This document shows, piece after piece, positions 58,338-64,000 of a stretch of DNA of 64,000 nt (position 1 is its first letter; every line of letters begins with the position of its first letter). Below the pieces are notes generated by a model. It saw only the letters and a list, made by a program, of their open reading frames with translations. It searched no databases and was not told the DNA's origin. Location of the stretch: assembly GCA_963797095.1 (NCBI GenBank), contig CAWCNY010000008.1, positions 96,001 to 160,000 of the forward strand, read 5' to 3'. The stretch comes from an uncultured Chloroflexia bacterium. Lineage in GTDB: Bacteria; Chloroflexota; Chloroflexia; QHBQ01; JADMIH01. The position numbers were made by a program, and so were the translations under genes.

Positions 58338-59210
58338 CTATTCCCTCCCGAAAAGTCCGCCGGGCCTGAGCACCAGCACCAGCAGGAACATCACCAACCC
58401 CACGATTTCTCGGTAGCTGGAGCCGAGCAGGGTGCCGCTTAGCGCCTCCACAAGTCCAAGCAACAGCCCGGCAGGAAACACCCCGATGATACTTCCTGTG
58501 CCAGCGAGGACGATAACTACGAGGGCCTTGAGGGTCCAGGTCAGGCCGATATCAGGCTCGATCCCGTAGCCGACGACAACCAGGCTGCCAGCCACACCGG
58601 CCAGCGCCGCGCCGATCCCGAGGGTGTACATGTAGGTACGCTGAACATCGACCCCGGCCAGGGCCGCGCTCTCGTTGTTCTCAGAGACGGCCCGGATCGC
58701 TTTGCCGGGGTAGGTGCGGTGAAGGAACTGGTGCAGAGCTACTATCGCGATCAGCGCCACTGCGAAACTGAGTAAGCGTGTGTATGGAAAAGCTATGCCG
58801 AACAGGTTAAGGCCGTTGCCGGAGTAGCTTAGTTGCACCGAACGCTGATCCGCTGTGAAGAAGACCTGCGCCGAGTTCTGAAGGATGAGCGTTAAGCCGA
58901 AGCTGACTAACAGTGAGTTCTTGAGCTTGGCCTCTCCATGAAGATGCACGAGGAACCTGAAGAGAACACGGTCAAGCACAATACCGAACAAGAAAAGAAG
59001 GGGTATGCACACCAGCAGCGAGATGAACGGATCGAGGCCCACCAATACGAACAGCCAGAAAGTAACATAGCCGCCAAGCATCAGTAGCTCGCCGTGTGCG
59101 ACGTTGAGCATCTTCAGCACACCGAACACAAGGGCCAGCCCCGCGGCGGCAACGCCGTAGATGCTGCCGACAAATAATCCGAAGACTAGATTTTGTACGA
59201 GGGTTTGCAA
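58338..59210 (-). CDS. branched-chain-type ABC permease (LivH-like)
   Basis: GLALVFGVLKMLNVAHGE, GKAIRAV, LVLRPGGLFG. Start estimated (TTG). Confidence 0.9.
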   Translation of the reverse strand: MQTLVQNLVFGLFVGSIYGVAAAGLALVFGVLKMLNVAHGELLMLGGYVTFWLFVLVGLDPFISLLVCIPLLFLFGIVLDRVLFRFLVHLHGEAKLKNSLLVSFGLTLILQNSAQVFFTADQRSVQLSYSGNGLNLFGIAFPYTRLLSFAVALIAIVALHQFLHRTYPGKAIRAVSENNESAALAGVDVQRTYMYTLGIGAALAGVAGSLVVVGYGIEPDIGLTWTLKALVVIVLAGTGSIIGVFPAGLLLGLVEALSGTLLGSSYREIVGLVMFLLVLVLRPGGLFGRE

Positions 59211-59215
59211 TGTCC

Positions 59216-59284
59216 GTTCCGAGTTCCGAGTTCCGAGCTTCTGATTGCGTAGAGCAGATAACAACCAGGAACCAGGAGCCAGGA
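59216..59284. repeat. heptamer tracts GTTCCGA x3 and A(A/G)CCAGG x3
   Basis: 59216-59236 and 59263-59283, intergenic. Confidence 0.8.
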
Positions 59285-59289
59285 CACTT

Positions 59290-60003
59290 TTACGGGGTGT
59301 AACCGAGATATGCCTCTTGCACTGTATTGTCGTGTAAAAGGGCTTTGCCTGTGCCGGAGTCTGCGACGTGGCCTTGTTCTATTATGTAGGCGCGGTCGGC
59401 CAACTCTAGAGCGGCGCGGGCGTTCTGCTCTACCAGCAGCACCGTTACGCCCTGCTGGTTGATGGCGCTCACGATCTCAAAGATGTGCTGGACGAGGAGA
59501 GGTGCCAGTCCGAGCGATGGCTCATCGAGCATCAACAGGCGTGGAAGTGCCATCATCGCCCTTCCGATCGCGAGCATTTGCTGTTCGCCACCGCTCATCG
59601 TTTGTGCGCGCTGGGTCCTCCTGTCGGCCAGAACCGGAAAAGTTTCAAAGACTCGACTGAGGGTTTGTGTGCGCTGCTGCCTGGCTCCGGGGGTGAACGC
59701 ACCCATCTCCAGATTCTCTAAGACAGACATTCCACCGAACAGCCTACGACCTTCGGGGACCAGCACGATGCCGCGCTGAACGATTTCGTGAGGCCGCAGG
59801 ATATGAAGCGGTTTACCTTCGAAACTGATGCTGCCCGACAACGGAGATTGCAGTCCTGAGATCGCTCGCATTAGGGTGGTTTTGCCTGCCCCATTTGACC
59901 CGATCAGCACTACGATCTCACCGGTATCAACGGCGAGAGAGATGTCCCAGAGAACCTGGACATCGCCGTACGCGACTGCAAGATTCGTAACCTCAAGCAG
60001 CAT
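59290..60003 (-). CDS. ABC ATPase (LivF-like)
   Basis: GSNGAGKTT, VPEGRRLF, MSGGEQQM, LDEPSLGLAP. Confidence 0.95.
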   Translation of the reverse strand: MLLEVTNLAVAYGDVQVLWDISLAVDTGEIVVLIGSNGAGKTTLMRAISGLQSPLSGSISFEGKPLHILRPHEIVQRGIVLVPEGRRLFGGMSVLENLEMGAFTPGARQQRTQTLSRVFETFPVLADRRTQRAQTMSGGEQQMLAIGRAMMALPRLLMLDEPSLGLAPLLVQHIFEIVSAINQQGVTVLLVEQNARAALELADRAYIIEQGHVADSGTGKALLHDNTVQEAYLGYTP

Positions 60004-60727
60004 GGGCTGTTCCCAGGTATGCATCGATCACTCGCTGGTCGTTGGCAACCCCGGCGGGTGTGCCTTCGGCGATGCGCTCTCCGGCGTTCATCACTGCCAC
60101 GCGATCGGATAGGTCGAAGATCGCTTTGACAACATGCTCCACGATGATCACGGTAATCCCGGAATCACGAAGCTCGCGAATCAGGTCCATTGCCTGGAGC
60201 ACTTCGGTCGGGTTGAGACCCGCCAGTAGCTGATCCAGCAGCAACAGGGTTGGGCGCGTCGCCAGGGCGCGGGCCAATTCAAGGCGTTTGCGATCTACCA
60301 ATGTAAGATGCTTGGCGTATTCATAGGCGCGTCCCGCTAACCCTACGCGCTGAAGTAAATCGAGCGCCTGGACCTCGGCCCGGCGGCGATTCCACACAGC
60401 ATCGCGTCCGTAGACCCTGCCCACGGCCACGTTTGCCAGCACAGTCAGGTCCTGGAACGGTCGCACCAATTGAAAGCTACGTGCGATACCAAGTTTGCAC
60501 CGCCGGTGCGCGCCGAGGCGGGTTACGTCGGTGCCATCAAACAGGATTCGCCCGGACGATGGCCGAATGGAGCCTGCGATCATGTTGAAAAGCGTTGTTT
60601 TGCCGGCTCCATTCGGCCCAATCAGGCCCAGGATTTCGCCTCGCTGAACGCTCAGCGAGACGCCATTTACTGCCATTAGCCCACCAAAGGATTTGTAGAT
60701 GTGATCTAGTTGAAGAAGCTGCGACAT
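59993..60727 (-). CDS. ABC ATPase (LivG-like)
   Basis: GPNGAGKTT, ARSFQ, LELARALA. Walker B reads LLDQ. Confidence 0.92.
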   Translation of the reverse strand: MSQLLQLDHIYKSFGGLMAVNGVSLSVQRGEILGLIGPNGAGKTTLFNMIAGSIRPSSGRILFDGTDVTRLGAHRRCKLGIARSFQLVRPFQDLTVLANVAVGRVYGRDAVWNRRRAEVQALDLLQRVGLAGRAYEYAKHLTLVDRKRLELARALATRPTLLLLDQLLAGLNPTEVLQAMDLIRELRDSGITVIIVEHVVKAIFDLSDRVAVMNAGERIAEGTPAGVANDQRVIDAYLGTAHAA

Positions 60728-60734
60728 GGTTGGA

Positions 60735-60848
60735 TGACGAGTGACGAGTGACGAGTGACGAGTGACGAGTGACGAGTACAGAGTTCCCAACTCCGACTAC
60801 CGACTACCGACTACCGACTACCGACTACCGACTACCGACTACCGACTG
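60735..60848. repeat. adjacent heptamer arrays TGACGAG x6 and CCGACTA x7(+1)
   Basis: 60735-60776 and 60793-60848. Confidence 0.95.
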
Positions 60849-60894
60849 CCCGGTAGTTTAGTATTCACGGCTCGATTACGCAAGCCATACCGGT

Positions 60895-62214
60895 CTAGCG
60901 GTCGCTGAACGCGGGAGCAGGATAGATTACAGGCTTGGCTGCCTGCTCCTTAGGCCAGACCGCCACCTGCTCGCCGTTCTGGTACTGTGTGACAATTGAG
61001 ATCACCTGCCCGGTGCCATCCGGATTGAACTTGACCGGGCCGATAACGGTATCGCTCATGTCAGTCTTGGCGAGGGCGTCACGTATGGCCTGGCGGTCGG
61101 TGCTGCCTGCGCGGCTGATGGCGTCGGCAAGGATCTGTACAACCGCATAGGCGGAACCTACACTCGATTGGGCGGGCGCGTTGTACTTGGCCTGGTAGCG
61201 CGCTGCCATATCTTGCGAGCCGGGGAAGGTAACATTAGCGGCCCACCCCTGGATTAGCATAACATCATCGCCATCTTTGCCCAGGTTAGTTGCCCAGGTT
61301 GTGCTATCGGGAGCGCGGATCAAGAACATGGCTTTGGGTGTATAGGCAAGCTCTTTCAACTGCTTGACCAGGGCTGTGCCGTCGGGAGGACTAGGCAGCG
61401 CGAGAAGCACCTCTGCCCCGCCATCCTTCGCCTTGCCTATAAGCCCCGAGTAGTCGGTTGCCCCAGGGGTGTACTGTTCGTCAGCCACGATGTCATAACC
61501 GCGATTTTGGGCTTCGGTGCGCCAGAGGCCGCCCAACTCGGCTCCCCAGTCGGTAGTCTCAGCGAAGATCGCCACTTTGGTCGGTTTGGGGTCGAGGCTA
61601 TCGAGGAGGTCAAAGGTGGCCTTGGCTACATCAGGCGACTTGGGGAAGGGAGAGAAGAGGTACCGGTAGCCTTGCTCGTGAATCTTCTTGAGCGCGAAGG
61701 CAATGCCCAGGTAAGGTATTTTATTCTTTTCAGCGATTGCTGCCGCAGCGGCATGCAGATCGCTGCCGAAACCACCCAGGTAGGCAGATACGTTATTGCT
61801 GGAGTTGAGGGTTTCCAGTTGCTGGGTGGTCTTGGTCGGGTCGGATGCATCGTCGAGCACAGTCAATTCTAGCTGCATCTTCTGCCCGCCCACATCTACA
61901 CCACCGGCGTTATTGATGTCTTCCACGGCCAACTCGTAGCCATTCTTGACCAGCGCGCCGCCTGCCGCGTACTTGCCCGTGAGCGGGACCACCGCTCCGA
62001 TGGAGATTGTCCCACCGGATGTGGTGCTTGCTGTCGTGGCGGTAGGCGCGACCGGTGCCGGTGTAGCGGTATCGGCTGCCGGTGCCGTTGTGTTGGTGGC
62101 GGCAGGTGGAGGCGAGGTCGGTGTGGCTTCTTCGCCGCATGCCGCCAGCAGCAGGAGTAAGACAATCAAAATACTGAATACGCGGAACTGTTGGGCCTTT
62201 GAAATCATCTGCAT
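60895..62214 (-). CDS. branched-chain-family ABC substrate-binding lipoprotein (probably aromatic acid)
   Basis: LAAC lipobox, IGAVVPLTG, DDASDP. Substrate inferred from context. Confidence 0.9.
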   Translation of the reverse strand: MQMISKAQQFRVFSILIVLLLLLAACGEEATPTSPPPAATNTTAPAADTATPAPVAPTATTASTTSGGTISIGAVVPLTGKYAAGGALVKNGYELAVEDINNAGGVDVGGQKMQLELTVLDDASDPTKTTQQLETLNSSNNVSAYLGGFGSDLHAAAAAIAEKNKIPYLGIAFALKKIHEQGYRYLFSPFPKSPDVAKATFDLLDSLDPKPTKVAIFAETTDWGAELGGLWRTEAQNRGYDIVADEQYTPGATDYSGLIGKAKDGGAEVLLALPSPPDGTALVKQLKELAYTPKAMFLIRAPDSTTWATNLGKDGDDVMLIQGWAANVTFPGSQDMAARYQAKYNAPAQSSVGSAYAVVQILADAISRAGSTDRQAIRDALAKTDMSDTVIGPVKFNPDGTGQVISIVTQYQNGEQVAVWPKEQAAKPVIYPAPAFSDR

Positions 62215-62359
62215 CCTCCTTTGTGGACGCGCTGATCTGCTCCTTGCCAGGCATCAGCGCCCGATCAACTCTGGCCGGTGTTGTGCGCCGTGGGTTATTA
62301 TCGCCTCGGTGGGCTTCTATTCAAGGCTCCACCTCCCGGAAAATCGGTAGCGGAGCGAA

Positions 62360-63163
62360 TCAAGCAACTGAGTTCGAAAGGATACCCATATCCACGACTT
62401 TGTCAAGCAGAGCGGCATTGTGCGCAACTGCTCGCACAGTCCTTATGGCAAGACGCGCGTGCTCCCGCGCCAGGGCTTCGGCGCGAGCGCCTTCGCGGTG
62501 CTCGATCGCTTCCACGATCCCTTTATGGTGTTCTTGTGCTGTGAAGAACACTTTCCACTCTTGCCCGAATTCCCACTCAGCAAGCACGAAAGCATTGGGA
62601 GAAGCAAAAGGTAAGGTGAGAATATGCTCGATCGTGCGCATGACGATGAAGCTTTCGGGGAGCGCAAGCAACTGCTGGTGGAAGTTCTGGTTGTATTCCA
62701 GATAGCGGTCAATAGTATCGCCGGTTATTTCGTGCTTCTCGGTCAGCTCATCGATCTGGGCAACGCATGCTTTGAGCTTGACAAGGGCAAGCCCGCTAAC
62801 ACCTCGTTCGGCGGCGAGGCGGGCCGCCAGGCCCTCGATGGTGCCGCGTATTTCGACGGCATCGAGGATATCGCGCTGAGTAAAGGTGCGTACCCTGTAG
62901 CCCGTTCCGGGCATCTTCTCCAGCAAGCCTTCCTGGGCCAGTTGCGCGAGGGCAGCGCGAACCGGCGTGCGCGATACTCTGAGACGCTCAACCAGCGCGG
63001 TTTCGATCAGGTGCTGGCCCGATGATAGCTCGCCCTGAAGTATAAGCTCTCTCAGGCTGACCAAAGCTTTGGTTGTTTGCGACATTGCCATGGCACGCAA
63101 CTCCTCCAACTTTGAGGGGGTTCGGGGTTTCATGAGTATACGCCATGTATACATAAAAGGCAA
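62360..63163 (-). CDS. GntR/FCD-family regulator (VanR-like)
   Basis: LRELILQGEL..VSRTPVRAAL..EGLL, RGTIEGLAARLAAERG, LPFASPNAF, REGARAEALAREHA. Start uncertain. Confidence 0.9.
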   Translation of the reverse strand: MPFMYTWRILMKPRTPSKLEELRAMAMSQTTKALVSLRELILQGELSSGQHLIETALVERLRVSRTPVRAALAQLAQEGLLEKMPGTGYRVRTFTQRDILDAVEIRGTIEGLAARLAAERGVSGLALVKLKACVAQIDELTEKHEITGDTIDRYLEYNQNFHQQLLALPESFIVMRTIEHILTLPFASPNAFVLAEWEFGQEWKVFFTAQEHHKGIVEAIEHREGARAEALAREHARLAIRTVRAVAHNAALLDKVVDMGILSNSVA

Positions 63164-63370
63164 GATGGACTTTCGACAATTTTGCGATCAAAATAGTCAA
63201 AAGTCCATCAATCCCTCAATTTTGTTCGTCTTGCGTGCCCTGCACGAGCTATTTTTGGCTAGCTGGATCAGGAAACCCGCTTTATGCTCTTTCAAGAGAT
63301 GTATACATGATGGCCTCTCCACTGTTATGTGGAGAGGCCAAACGAGTGGTTGCTAATGCTGTTGGGCTGT

Positions 63371-63805
63371 CTAGCCTGGCAAACCTAGCTGGCGAAGCAT
63401 AGAGGCAGTGTCCTGGTAGTTGTGGAGAGTTGCGATCTTGCCGTCGCGAACCGTGCATACCTCGACCACGGGCCACTCGGCGGTCTTGCCTGTGGCGGGG
63501 ATGGGGCCGGCAGGGCCGAGCAAGGGGCCTGTGTGCGTGCCGCGTGCGATAAATTCGGTGACGACAGCGCCAGGGGTTACAACCTGGTTGGTGACAATGA
63601 GATCGACATCGGGCATGGCGGTCTTGAAGGTCATGAAGAACTGCTCGAATTCCTCCTTGCCCCGGAACACCTGTCCCGTCGGCTCAAAGATAGCCTCGAT
63701 GTCGTCGGTGACCAGCGACAGCACCTTGCCGTAATCGCATGCGCTGAAAGCCGCATATACTTCTCTTGCCAGTGTGCCGTTGTCTTGCGAGGTTATGGTT
63801 GCCAT
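63371..63805 (-). CDS. SnoaL-like/ester cyclase (NTF2-fold) protein
   Basis: FKTAMPD..GTHTGPL..IPATGK..DGKI..YQD. Confidence 0.88.
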   Translation of the reverse strand: MATITSQDNGTLAREVYAAFSACDYGKVLSLVTDDIEAIFEPTGQVFRGKEEFEQFFMTFKTAMPDVDLIVTNQVVTPGAVVTEFIARGTHTGPLLGPAGPIPATGKTAEWPVVEVCTVRDGKIATLHNYQDTASMLRQLGLPG

Positions 63806-63965
63806 TTTCGTTTCTCCTTCTGTTTATCTATTTTGATTGGTTGGTTTCTTGTAGTCCTGCGCGCCGCGCTCTTGTTTGCGCATCGACTGACACAAGTTTA
63901 CCCGCCAACCTCAGCCGAAACAGTGGGAGAAATACGAAGATTTATCTGAGCAGGTACGTATGTTT

Positions 63966-64000
63966 TATTGCGTATTGCGTATTGCGTATTGCGTATTGCG
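63966..64000. repeat. heptamer repeat TATTGCG x5 running to the window edge
   Basis: Direct reading. Confidence 0.92.

Noticed and set aside
59993-60727. Walker B Glu-to-Gln (LLDQ) in the LivG-like ATPase as a novel feature
   Set aside because: It is a single-base change that could be an error or ordinary asymmetry in a heterodimeric NBD pair.
1-64000. tRNA, rRNA, prophage or integrase
   Set aside because: No such signatures recognised by eye.

Overview
GC-rich bacterial chromosomal DNA. Gene content and style (Cys-containing SLH repeats, MalT-like regulators with an N-terminal W-rich extension, Thr/Pro-linker lipoproteins) suggest Chloroflexota, by inference only. Left to right: an SLH-domain gene running off the edge; a decayed IS982-like element with 17-bp inverted ends; a MalT/STAND regulator-DUF4386 module; an ABC exporter pair; an HNH gene; an XRE-TPR pseudogene; a sugar ABC importer preceded by a dead ABC-ATPase domain fused to a histidine kinase; PadR and a methyltransferase; an 11.4-kb putative c-di-GMP-controlled surface-polysaccharide operon; a two-component system with a copper-handling cluster; and a 4-hydroxybenzoate/protocatechuate catabolic operon with a MetE-like gene, ABC importer and GntR. 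Strongest leads: (1) the ABC-NBD/histidine-kinase fusion, a possible transporter-docked sensor; (2) the multi-MshEN GT2 + two GT-C + BcsB-like + degenerate GGDEF operon, whose synthase is split by a repeat-associated +1 frameshift; (3) a 23-bp core amplified into tandem arrays at two unrelated loci, alongside many heptamer repeats. No rRNA, tRNA or CRISPR array was recognised. Family calls come from reading motifs by eye, not database searches.
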